Origin: a virus | Lineage: Duplodnaviria > Caudoviricetes | Reading direction: 5' to 3' (one strand) | Virus record (IMG/VR): IMGVR_UViG_3300020044_010179 | Coordinates: 11,747 to 75,746 of that record | DNA: 64,000 nucleotides | In this document: piece after piece, positions 17,524 to 26,455 of the stretch | Numbering within the stretch: the first letter of the stretch is position 1 | Layout of the letters: every line of letters starts with the position of its first letter | Notes under the pieces: model-generated | Database searches by the model: none | Told to the model about the DNA's origin: nothing | The model's input: the letters and a program-made list of their open reading frames with translations, nothing else | Made by a program: the position numbers and the translations under genes

Positions 17524-17634
17524 GAAAGTCAGCTAAACAACAAGTAGAGGAAATCGAAATGGCAAGATTTGAAATGTATATGACATTGTTCTTGCTCAAT
17601 TTAGGAATAGAAACAACAAATTAAATAAAATAAA

Positions 17635-18057
17635 ATGGGAAGTGTATTAGATTATATTGAATGCCCGAATTGCAAATTAGAGGCAATGGATGACTTTTAT
17701 TACAAAACAGGAGAGGAATATGTAAACTGTGGTAACTGTGGATACCATTACTCAGCAACAATTAAAAATAGAGAAAAACGATTGGATCTATTAACTGATA
17801 AAGATTGGAAAATTACTGAATTGAAAAAACCATACGGGTCATATAGAATAAAATCATATGATGGAGTTGGGTATTTAGGAGGTTCGTTATCAAATAAAAA
17901 AGAATTTATTGAATTGAAAACGAATTGCGAAACTGATACAAATATAGAGACTTTAACAGTTAGTCGTTTTTTAAATGGTAAAATTAAATTTGAAACAGTA
18001 ATTGATAATGGGCCTAAAGTAGATGGAGCTGGTTTTACAGTTGAAGATAGGGAATAG
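17635..18057 (+). CDS. Zinc-ribbon protein
   Basis: CPNC...CGNCGY. Confidence 0.6.
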   Translation: MGSVLDYIECPNCKLEAMDDFYYKTGEEYVNCGNCGYHYSATIKNREKRLDLLTDKDWKITELKKPYGSYRIKSYDGVGYLGGSLSNKKEFIELKTNCETDTNIETLTVSRFLNGKIKFETVIDNGPKVDGAGFTVEDRE

Positions 18058-18107
18058 AAGATATAAAAGAAATTTCGTATATTAAGGTATAAATAAAGAA
18101 AGAAATT

Positions 18108-18344
18108 ATGTCAGAAGTTAAATTAGAAAAAGTTACATTTGAGTTCACTCAAGAAGAACATTGTTGTTCAAGTGATATGGATGGAATAGAGTTACTTACA
18201 ATTGAATGCACATCAGATTTGGGCATTACAAATACAGAAGGAGCATATTTTGTTTTGAAAACAGAACAATGGGCCATTAATGACATTGATGAGTTAAAAC
18301 TATTATTTGACAAAATTGAACAAGCTATAAACATAGTAAAATAG
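18108..18344 (+). CDS. Early hypothetical protein
   Basis: 78 aa ORF behind promoter 18076. Confidence 0.6.
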   Translation: MSEVKLEKVTFEFTQEEHCCSSDMDGIELLTIECTSDLGITNTEGAYFVLKTEQWAINDIDELKLLFDKIEQAINIVK

Positions 18345-18506
18345 AGAAGCTATGACAGAAAAGGAATTAAGAGAAACATGGGAAAAATATCAATCCACAG
18401 CACATCCAGAAGACATGATGTCGTATGTTGAATTTTTAAGTGAACAAGGAATAGAATTAGAAGATTAATTTTCGTATATTACAGTATAAATAAAAAAAGA
18501 AAAATT

Positions 18507-18935
18507 ATGTCAACAAGATCAAGAATAGGAATTGAAAACCAAGACGGAACAACTACATCAATTTATTGCCATTTTGATGGCATGATAGATGGTGTTGGAG
18601 CAGTATTACAGAAACACTACACTAATCGTTCAAAAGTAGAACAATTAATAGCATTAGGGAGTATTTCATACATAGCAGAAAATGTAAATCCAACAGGTGA
18701 ACATAGCTTTGCTCAACCTGAAAAAGGTGTTGTAGTTGCCTATCACCGTGATAGAGGTGAACCATTTGATCAGCAAATAAATCAAAGTGTTCCTAACCTA
18801 TTTAATTGTATCTATCAATCATGTGAAGAATTAATATATTGCTTTACTAAAGATAACATTTGGTTAGTTTCAGATCTTCGTGTACATCGTAGTCCAGTAG
18901 TTGATTTAAAAGTAGCAATTGAGGAAGGGCTTTAA
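18507..18935 (+). CDS. Conserved-type phage hypothetical protein
   Basis: MSTRSRIGI...SIYCHFDG...GVG...AYHRDRGE, a motif set familiar from phage early proteins. Confidence 0.65.
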   Translation: MSTRSRIGIENQDGTTTSIYCHFDGMIDGVGAVLQKHYTNRSKVEQLIALGSISYIAENVNPTGEHSFAQPEKGVVVAYHRDRGEPFDQQINQSVPNLFNCIYQSCEELIYCFTKDNIWLVSDLRVHRSPVVDLKVAIEEGL

Positions 18936-18947
18936 CAAAAGCTCTTT
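18925..18947 (+). terminator. Hairpin inside promoter spacer
   Basis: AAGGGCTTT-AACA-AAAGCTCTT (one G.U pair). Confidence 0.55.
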
Positions 18948-18973
18948 CGTATATTATAGTATAAATAAAGGTT

Positions 18974-19219
18974 ATGAAAAAGAAAGATATTATTGAATTA
19001 TTACAAAACAAAGAAGCAGTAGCTTATTTAGATCTACAACAGTACAACGACAATTTTGGTGCTGATCATCGATACACAACACTATCAAGACGAACATGGG
19101 GTGTTTTAGTAGAAATAATGGCAGAAATGAAAATCAAACCAAACATGGAATTAGAAGCAAATAAACAAGCTCAAGAAATGGTTTTAGACAGATATAAAAG
19201 AGAATATCTACAAAGATGA
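18974..19219 (+). CDS. Early hypothetical protein
   Basis: 81 aa ORF behind promoter 18948. Confidence 0.6.
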   Translation: MKKKDIIELLQNKEAVAYLDLQQYNDNFGADHRYTTLSRRTWGVLVEIMAEMKIKPNMELEANKQAQEMVLDRYKREYLQR

Positions 19220-19425
19220 AACAAGGTGACAAAGTAAAATGCATATCATACTCAGGTGTTTGGACGTTGGTGTGGTATAAAGAAGGCGACACAACGTGTG
19301 CTATTCAAAATGAAACCCGACGTTACGTTGTTAAAACATCTACTTTAACCTTAGTAAAGGAATAAGAGATACAAAAGAGAATTCGTATATTACAGTATAA
19401 ATAAATTTAAAAAAAGAAAAAAGTT

Positions 19426-19764
19426 ATGAAAATTACAAGCAAAACATTAATGGTAGGCTTCCAAACAGAAGTAAAATTAGGCAATAATGATGCAATTGAG
19501 TTAACATTAATACATCAGGCATATATTAGTAGAGATAAGCTAGGTGGATTATCTGTTGATTTAGATTTAGGTATAGATATTGATAATGTAAAATTTCTAG
19601 GAATAGATATTGAATCGGATTATACATCATTTAAACAATTCAAAGCACAACTATTAGAATTAGGAATTGATTTGAATAAATTAATTGAAGAAAAAGAAGC
19701 AGAGTTAATTACTAATGGAATAGAAAACGAATTAAAATTATTATTTAGAAATAACGAATTATAG
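19426..19764 (+). CDS. Early hypothetical protein
   Basis: 112 aa ORF behind promoter 19384 and long A-rich leader. Confidence 0.65.
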   Translation: MKITSKTLMVGFQTEVKLGNNDAIELTLIHQAYISRDKLGGLSVDLDLGIDIDNVKFLGIDIESDYTSFKQFKAQLLELGIDLNKLIEEKEAELITNGIENELKLLFRNNEL

Positions 19765-19773
19765 TAAAGGACG

Positions 19774-19793
19774 AAGGAGCATAAGCTCCTTTT
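19774..19793 (+). terminator. Terminator-like hairpin inside promoter spacer
   Basis: AAGGAGC-ATAA-GCTCCTT then TT. Confidence 0.6.
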
Positions 19794-19835
19794 CGTATAT
19801 TACAGTATAAATAAATTTAAAAAAAGAAAAAAGTT

Positions 19836-20210
19836 ATGAAAAAAGAAAATTTAATTGAACAATTAAACGCAGCAAAGGCATTATCATCACAAGTTGATAT
19901 TGATAAAGTAATTGAATTGATTAAGCAAATCGAAACAGGAGGACTTACAGCAGAACTAGCTGAGGAGATTGCAGATCAGATCGAAAGATCATTGGATAAC
20001 AATTCATTGAATGATTTGGTTGATTGTGATAGTGCAGAATTTGAAATAAACTATGATAACCGAGTTGAATTGATAGCCGCGGATGTTAATGTGTCAGGAA
20101 TCATGGATCATGTTACTGCCTGCTTAGACAAGTTTATCCAGAAGGAAGAAAAAGATTTACAAGTTGAAGCATATAATGAAAACTTTGGATCAGAACAAAA
20201 TGAAGATTAA
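19836..20210 (+). CDS. Early acidic hypothetical protein
   Basis: 124 aa ORF behind promoter 19794. Confidence 0.65.
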   Translation: MKKENLIEQLNAAKALSSQVDIDKVIELIKQIETGGLTAELAEEIADQIERSLDNNSLNDLVDCDSAEFEINYDNRVELIAADVNVSGIMDHVTACLDKFIQKEEKDLQVEAYNENFGSEQNED

Positions 20211-20225
20211 TAAAATAAGTAAAGG

Positions 20226-20248
20226 AAGCCCTCAATTAAGAGGGCTTT
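20226..20248 (+). terminator. Hairpin inside promoter spacer
   Basis: AAGCCCTC-AATTAA-GAGGGCTT, a compensatory variant of the 16211 hairpin. Confidence 0.6.
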
Positions 20249-20304
20249 CGTATATTAAAGTATAAATAAAGAAATTAATATAAATTTAAAAAAAGAAAAA
20301 AGTT

Positions 20305-20517
20305 ATGACAAAGTTAAATGGATTTGAATCACATGCAATTATTACAGGATTAGAAATTTATAAAAATACATTAAAGCAAGAAATAGCAAATGCAGAAGCA
20401 GCTGGTAAAAGGCCGTTTATGACACAAGGATTTGTTGATATGCAAATTGACGAAGTGATTGGTAAAATCAAACTAATGACTAAGAAAGATAGATTTGCTG
20501 TTACCAACCGCAATTAA
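20305..20517 (+). CDS. Early hypothetical protein
   Basis: 70 aa ORF behind promoter 20249. Confidence 0.6.
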   Translation: MTKLNGFESHAIITGLEIYKNTLKQEIANAEAAGKRPFMTQGFVDMQIDEVIGKIKLMTKKDRFAVTNRN

Positions 20518-20705
20518 ACTATCCTAAATATATAAATTATGGAAGATCTACAAACCTATTTAAAGGAACTTGTTAATGAAGGCATTATACAAAATGATGT
20601 AAAGGACGAGATATTGTTTTTGGTAAAAAAGCTAATTAAGGAATAAGCTTATTAAATTAAATTTCGTATATTACAGTATAAATAAAGAAAATAAAAGAAA
20701 AAGTT

Positions 20706-21002
20706 ATGAGCAAATTCAAAGAATTAAGATTAAACGCACCTAAATTAACTATTAAAGAAGGAGCAAGGGAAGTAATATTCAAAACAATATCATGTATGTG
20801 TGATAATGTTGGACATTTAAGATTTAAGAAAAACAGTGATGGTGATTTTAAACTAGATGGTAACGGATTTGCAGTATCAAATTGGCAAATGAAAAATGAA
20901 AAATATGAAATTGAATGGACCGCAGATGAAGGTGGATGGGATAAAGTGATAAGAATGATTAACTCAGGCACATCAGCAATCGAATCAGTAATAAGTAGAT
21001 AA
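20706..21002 (+). CDS. Early hypothetical protein
   Basis: 98 aa ORF behind promoter 20665. Confidence 0.6.
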   Translation: MSKFKELRLNAPKLTIKEGAREVIFKTISCMCDNVGHLRFKKNSDGDFKLDGNGFAVSNWQMKNEKYEIEWTADEGGWDKVIRMINSGTSAIESVISR

Positions 21003-21020
21003 TAAATAAAAAGAAAAATT

Positions 21021-21236
21021 ATGTTTAAAACAATTAAATTGACATCATTTCACACCAAAACACCTATCTACATAAATGTGGAAATGATAGGAGACTTATC
21101 AGAGGTAGAAGAAAAAGACTTTAACCGTGAGCCAAAAAAATACACCAGTATAGGACACCTAACACATAACAATGGTGGATTTAAAGTAATTGAAAGTGTA
21201 GAGGAAGTATTTAAAAGAATCAAAGCAGAGGAATAA
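21021..21236 (+). CDS. FlbD/YlzI-like small protein
   Basis: IKLT...IYINVEMI...VIESVEEVFKRI pattern resembles the FlbD family. Confidence 0.5.
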   Translation: MFKTIKLTSFHTKTPIYINVEMIGDLSEVEEKDFNREPKKYTSIGHLTHNNGGFKVIESVEEVFKRIKAEE

Positions 21237-21455
21237 GCTATTTAAAAGATATTTCGTATATTATAGCATAAATAAAGAAAATAAAAAGATATGTATAGTT
21301 TAGATTGTAGTTATTACACAGCAGAATTTGAGACATTAGATGAATTAATAGAGGCTGTAATGTATAGTGGAATGGATCCAAGTTACGAGGTAACATTTAA
21401 TGGAGAAGGCATTGGGGAACAAATAAGTGATTATTTAATGTATTAAAAAGAAAGC

Positions 21456-21656
21456 ATGAAACAAACAGCAGTAGAATGGTTGATAGAAATATTTAAAATT
21501 ACCAATGTTAAATTATCACATCATACATTAATTATTGAACAAGCTAAAGAAATGGAGAAAGAGCAGATAAAAAATGCCTGGTTAAATTCATTAACTAAAG
21601 GTGATTACAATTCATCAGAAGAATACTATAACGAAACATTTAATAAAAAAACATGA
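21456..21656 (+). CDS. Small phage protein of the MKQTAVEWL family
   Basis: MKQTAVEWL...EQAKEMEKEQI...EEYYNETF. Confidence 0.65.
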   Translation: MKQTAVEWLIEIFKITNVKLSHHTLIIEQAKEMEKEQIKNAWLNSLTKGDYNSSEEYYNETFNKKT

Positions 21657-22204
21657 AAGAAGGATTAGAGAGATTATTAAAAGAAACTATAAAAATGATA
21701 GAGGAGATTAGAGAAATACCTAACGGAGATTATAAAACAGGATATATCCAGGCATTACTAAATACAAAATCATTATTAGAATATGAACTAGCTATAGTGG
21801 AAAATTAAATGAATAAACGTGTATAAAACGCAAAACATTAATTAACATAGGGACTATCAAAATTAAGGAGATTATCGTATATTAACGTATAAAAAGAGAT
21901 TAACGTATGACAAGTAGATCAACATGGGGAACGAAGATTATCAACAGGGATATTATTAGAATGAAAATCGTTAATGGTATGTGGAAAATGGGAAACGCAA
22001 TGGATATTGTAAGGAATTGTTGGGGATAACCCTTCCATGCAGCAGCCACGCACCTTTACATGTCTTTCCAAAAGTATATACAAAACTTGTGAACATAACG
22101 TGAACATAGTGGAAAAAAATTAAAAGAATGTTAAAAAGAAATTAAAAAAATATTAAAAAAAATTGGGATACCTGGGATATTTCGTATCTTACCATATGTA
22201 TTAA

Positions 22205-22445
22205 TGAGTACGATGGTATCTCCCGCAATGGAAATAGAAACGGGCAACGCAACAGCTTTAGGACACAGAAAGGCGCCACTTAGTAAACAAAACGCAGTAG
22301 AAACATCAGTATTCGTGTGTGAATGAGTATGTAAGGCGATCATTGAAAACTTCACACCGCGATTATAGCCAAACGTGGCGCTTGGATTATAAAGTAAAAA
22401 AGCTTGCACAAGAGATGTAGGCTATCGTTCTGCTTAAGGACTAAG
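22205..22445 (+). ncRNA. Candidate ~240 nt structured RNA
   Basis: Has its own promoter (TTGG...CGTATCTT, 22163-22190), higher GC, no long + ORF, and long-range helices AGGCGCCAC/GTGGCGCTT and GTGTGAA/TTCACAC. Confidence 0.45.
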
Positions 22446-22870
22446 TTTATTAAATGAGAATTCGTATATTATAGCATAAATAAGAAAAATATAAACTATG
22501 AATGAATTAACTGATGAACGTTATGATGTAATTGATAAACTTGCTATTGAAAGTGAATTAATAGAGTTTTTCAATTCAGTTGAAAAAATACAAAACACAT
22601 TAATGAAGAATAACATTGAAGCAAAAGAACAATATGAATATCTATTGACTTTGATGATTAATCAGTGTTAAGGAATAAGTAAAACAAATTATAATTCGTA
22701 TATTATATTATAAATAAAGAGACATATGATAAATTGGACAGAAGAGCAATTGAAAGAAAAAATGAAAGAATATATCACTAAAGCAGATGATACTAGTAAT
22801 GGATATCATGATAGAGATGTATTTAGAAGAATGTATTACTATTACAAGTCATTATTAATGGATAAACAAA

Positions 22871-22990
22871 ATGAAAACAATTGAAGTAACTATTCAGGAA
22901 ATACAAGCCGCAACACGTCCAAACGTGTATAGGAATAGAAAAAAATACACTAGAAAAGATAAATACAGGAATAAGAGTATTGAAAATTAA
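22871..22990 (+). CDS. 39 aa basic peptide with ArfA-like motif (not in ORF track)
   Basis: MKTIEVTIQEIQAATRPNVYRNRKKYTRKDKYRNKSIEN. Confidence 0.45.
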   Translation: MKTIEVTIQEIQAATRPNVYRNRKKYTRKDKYRNKSIEN

Positions 22991-23276
22991 TTCGTATATT
23001 TCAGTATAAATAAATAAAGAAACATATGAAAAAAGTTGTAGTTATATTAAAAAATCGTTTTACAGAATTAAACGAAGAATTGTTTTTATTAGAAAATAAA
23101 ACAATAGTAAATCAAGAAACATTTGAAGAAATTTGCGAACAGAATTATTTTATAAATTCGGATGTGATGGCATGTTTTTATAAGAGTTGGTTTGGGAATA
23201 AGTAAATCAAATTATAGTTCGTATATTGTAGTATAAATAAAGAAAATAAATAATTAAATTAAAAAAAGAAAAAGTT

Positions 23277-23597
23277 ATGAAAAGTGAAGTTAAAAGTGTA
23301 AAATTAGGACGTCCTGTAAATGTAAACAGTGTAAGACAAATTCGTTTAAATGAACTAGAGTTAAAACGTAGTAACGGAGAGTTAAAACGAGGACGTCCAG
23401 TAGTTGAAAATAGTGAACGTCAATTAAGACTAGCTAAACAAGCAGAAAATAAAGCAAACGGTATAGGTCAAGGACGTCCAGTTAATTTGAACAGTGCAAG
23501 ACAGATACGATTAGCGGAATTGGAAGCAAAGCGTGAATTAGGAATATGTTTTAGAGGCCGTCCAAAGCAAATTAAAGGTGATGAGTTAGCTGCATAA
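23277..23597 (+). CDS. Tandem-repeat basic protein with four GRP (AT-hook-like) motifs
   Basis: ~29 aa repeats: LGRPVNVNSVRQIRL, RGRPVVENSERQLRL, QGRPVNLNSARQIRL, RGRPK. Confidence 0.7.
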   Translation: MKSEVKSVKLGRPVNVNSVRQIRLNELELKRSNGELKRGRPVVENSERQLRLAKQAENKANGIGQGRPVNLNSARQIRLAELEAKRELGICFRGRPKQIKGDELAA

Positions 23598-24255
23598 GCT
23601 AACTTTACCTATTCAATCAATTAATTAATTTAAAAAAAAAGTAAATGACAAAAGTAATTTTCGTGACTTGGGGTGTGATGTTGAGTTCAGTATTAATGTA
23701 TGGTGTGATTGTGGGAATAGTAAATTTGATATTAAGTTCGTATATTGGTGTATAATTAAAAAATATAAGTTATGATAGGAACAATTGTTTATGTAAGTTT
23801 GTTATTGAATGTAGTATTAATTTTAAAAGTAATAAGCAAATGATAGGTGTAGGAGTATGTATTGGTTTAGCAATGTTGTTAACGGGATTTAAGTTAATTT
23901 TAATGAGTTTATTTTCATGAGTAAGAAAGAAATTGATGCGTTGTTGATGATGGCGTTTTTACTAGAGCAAGAATTGGCTTGTGAGATTGTGTATGCACCT
24001 CACTACCTGAAATTTGAACACTCGATCATATGGGCTAATTAATGGAAATAGAGATCATAACTCAGGTTCGTATATTGTGGTATAATTAAAAATGATAAGA
24101 TATGAAATTTAGAATTCAAAGTAGTTACGGTCAACATTTAAAAGATTTGATCAAAGCATTCAATGGTGGTTTAATCTCATTTGACGAGATGTGTGAGTTG
24201 AACCAGTACACAATTGATAAGGTAAACATTGGTATAATAAGTAAAAAATAAAGAC

Positions 24256-24561
24256 ATGACAGCTGTAGAATTTGGATTAGCATATATTGGATTTGAGGGG
24301 TTTGGTAAGATCAAGGATATTAATTTTGCGGATGAATTATGGGGTGAGGAGATCAGTGATGGTCTTACCATTCGAGGTATTGATTTTGAGGATGGTCTGG
24401 TTAATTTAGGCACATTGGTAGAATATCCATGTGGTGGGGAGTGTTGTGGAACATATTGGGAGGCTGAGGAGTATAATTTAGACCAATTGGCAAGTAAAGG
24501 TCACTTAGGTAAATTGATTGATATGATGGATGATATATTAACGGTTAAAACGGGAATATAA
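24256..24561 (+). CDS. Acidic hypothetical protein
   Basis: 101 aa ORF with CGGECCG. Confidence 0.55.
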   Translation: MTAVEFGLAYIGFEGFGKIKDINFADELWGEEISDGLTIRGIDFEDGLVNLGTLVEYPCGGECCGTYWEAEEYNLDQLASKGHLGKLIDMMDDILTVKTGI

Positions 24562-24608
24562 TTATTAAGATCTGATTCGTATATTGTGGTATAAATAAGA
24601 TAAGACAT

Positions 24609-24851
24609 ATGATGAAAAAAGTAGACATGATTAAAACGATTCAATTGGCAGAAGCAAGAGCTTGGTTAGTACTTAAAGAATCTCAAGTAACACTTGGTAA
24701 AGATAATCCCGTAACTCAAGAGCTTAAAGAACGGTGGATGACACTTAAATGTCTAATGGGATCTTTAGATATAGACTCAGATGTTGAGTTGGCAGAATCA
24801 AAAGCCGCGCTTCAACTTATATTAGATAACTATAAAAGTACAATGTACTAG
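24609..24851 (+). CDS. Early hypothetical protein (last cassette)
   Basis: 80 aa ORF behind promoter 24578. Confidence 0.6.
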   Translation: MMKKVDMIKTIQLAEARAWLVLKESQVTLGKDNPVTQELKERWMTLKCLMGSLDIDSDVELAESKAALQLILDNYKSTMY

Positions 24852-25084
24852 AAGTACGATATAGAATCGGTGGCTCGCGGTTGGCGGGCTTTCGGTGGCT
24901 ATGAGAATGGATGAATTTATAAAGCAGAACAGAGACCGGATCTATAATATAGACGGTAACCTAGATGAGGGTGATATCTCAGTTATGGGAGATGATATGG
25001 TGTTAACCTTTTACTATTTTAAAGATGGTGTGCTGGTAGGATCCAAACGCAACACCCCACCATGGTAAGACCCTGGTATAAGGA

Positions 25085-25231
25085 TGGCGGGCGGTACGGC
25101 GTATGGCGGTATATATATGGGCGTAATATGGTCGTATGGCCCCACGCGCGCCGGTGTCAATATGGCGCGTGGTGTGGTGGTCCGCGAATTATATGGCTTC
25201 ACTCATCGACTACAACTCTTCACCCATCGAC
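25085..25231. repeat. GC-rich non-coding site: 6x TATGG, 8 bp GC hairpin, 2x TTCACYCATCGAC
   Basis: TATGG at 25102, 25116, 25127, 25135, 25161, 25192; CCACGCGC/GCGCGTGG 25142-25172; direct repeats 25198-25210 and 25219-25231. Confidence 0.7.
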
Positions 25232-25549
25232 ATTGTATATCCTTATATATTAAAATAAAGCATCCCCACAATGTATCCCAAATTTCAAAAGCGATAAAAA
25301 ATGCAAAAATCCAAAAATTCCAAATCTTTCTTTTCAAAAAAAATGCGTGTCTATAACAAGATATATATGTATATTAAACGAATACCATGATATACAGAAT
25401 AATTAAAATACCATTTTATCTTACATTAGGCTATATTGGAATCCTACTTTGTGGAGGAATGTCTATAATTGAAATGTTTAAACACATTTTTCAATACACT
25501 AAAGAAGTAAAAATTAAATCTAACAAATCAGACCAGTTTTATTACTAAT

Positions 25550-25559
25550 ATATTTATAA
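25550..25559 (+). promoter_or_regulatory. Late promoter motif ATATTTATAA
   Basis: Same motif precedes structural genes (see 29480, 32374, 34992, 42577, 52058, 58455, 63637). Confidence 0.6.
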
Positions 25560-25567
25560 TAAAATAA

Positions 25568-25912
25568 ATGGCATCTTACACATACACCCAGTTATACGGA
25601 TCAGGATCAATTGGTGAAAATTTTACAATTAATGTTCAAAAAACATTTACTTTTACAAACCCAAGTGGTTCCTCATATTTTACTATGGAAACTATTCCCT
25701 CCTCTAGTGGTTTTTTTGAAGCCAGTTCCCCTAAAAACTTTAGTGGCTCATATGTAGTTTCAGAATCAATGGGACTAGTTACTTCCTCTTATATAGCTAG
25801 TATTGTTGTACAGCCAGGTACCCAAGTATTTAAATTTACTCCAGCAATCACTGTTACAGGCACTACTTACTACTTAAGAGGCACAGGAGCATATTCTCTT
25901 ATCATTACTTAA
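25568..25912 (+). CDS. Small Ser/Thr-rich beta protein, probably virion-associated
   Basis: Behind a late motif; SGS/TG-rich composition like the baseplate proteins. Confidence 0.5.
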   Translation: MASYTYTQLYGSGSIGENFTINVQKTFTFTNPSGSSYFTMETIPSSSGFFEASSPKNFSGSYVVSESMGLVTSSYIASIVVQPGTQVFKFTPAITVTGTTYYLRGTGAYSLIIT

Positions 25913-25980
25913 ATAGATCCTTGGCTCTCTAATCCTTTATTCGTATATTAATTGTATAAAAATAATTAAAAATAAAGGTC

Positions 25981-26226
25981 ATGAAAGAAGAAAAAATTAA
26001 ATCACTCAAACAAGAAATTAAAAGCCATTTATTTCCATTAATTTTAAATAGTGGAATGGCTATTGCTCAAATATTGCTCCTCATTGGATTTAGCAATAGT
26101 TGGGAAACATTAATGATATGTGGATCATCATTAATGGTATTTGGATTTGGACTAACCGCTACAATCCATGCCCTAGAGATCTCAGATATTAAAAAATCAC
26201 TAAAATCATATACCGATGGAAAATAA
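25981..26226 (+). CDS. Two-TM membrane protein
   Basis: Two hydrophobic segments; host-type promoter TTGG(25921)...CGTATATT(25942). Confidence 0.6.
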   Translation: MKEEKIKSLKQEIKSHLFPLILNSGMAIAQILLLIGFSNSWETLMICGSSLMVFGFGLTATIHALEISDIKKSLKSYTDGK

Positions 26227-26452
26227 AGCATATAAACCCTCAAAAAAGTTAACAACCGCAGATGGTACTATAATGTACACGTTTGATGGTAAACTACACA
26301 ATTGGGAAGGACCCGCTCTTATACCTGAGGGTAATAACCGTAAACGGGAATATTATATAAATGGAATCAAATATACGGAGGAGAAGTGGAAAGAAATGTT
26401 ACAAAGCAGAGAAGGCTTACCATGGTATAAAGGTTCCGGAGCTAGATTTTAA
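26216..26452 (+). CDS. Hypothetical protein with beta-hairpin (MORN-like) repeat
   Basis: DGKLHNWEGPALI...REYYINGIKY. Confidence 0.55.
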   Translation: MENKAYKPSKKLTTADGTIMYTFDGKLHNWEGPALIPEGNNRKREYYINGIKYTEEKWKEMLQSREGLPWYKGSGARF

Positions 26453-26455
26453 GTT

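Larger units (their letters stand above)
10311..24595 (+). repeat. Array of 29 dispersed early-promoter repeats GGA-N22-CGTATATT-N3/4-TATAA
   Basis: C of CGTATATT at 10336, 10599, 10838, 11713, 12643, 13133, 13555, 14682, 15429, 16234, 16646, 17203, 18076, 18473, 18948, 19384, 19794, 20249, 20665, 21255, 21876, 22183 (CGTATCTT), 22463, 22697, 22993, 23220, 23739, 24069, 24578. GGA starts exactly 25 nt upstream in most copies checked. Confidence 0.9.

Noticed and set aside
11693-20248. Spacer hairpins as integron attC sites
   Set aside because: Too short, no RYYYAAC/GTTRRRY core pair, and no tyrosine recombinase in the window
22205-22445. tmRNA or RNase P RNA
   Set aside because: No tRNA-like T arm/CCA end or tag ORF; no GAGGAAAGUCC / ACAGAANNCGGCUUA P4 strands
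10311-24595. Repeated motif as a CRISPR array
   Set aside because: Repeats are degenerate, hundreds of bp apart, separated by intact ORFs and shaped like promoters; no cas genes in the window
25014-25356. ORFs 25014(-), 25062(+) and 25084(+)
   Set aside because: They arise from the GC-rich repeat patch, have aberrant composition and lack a leader
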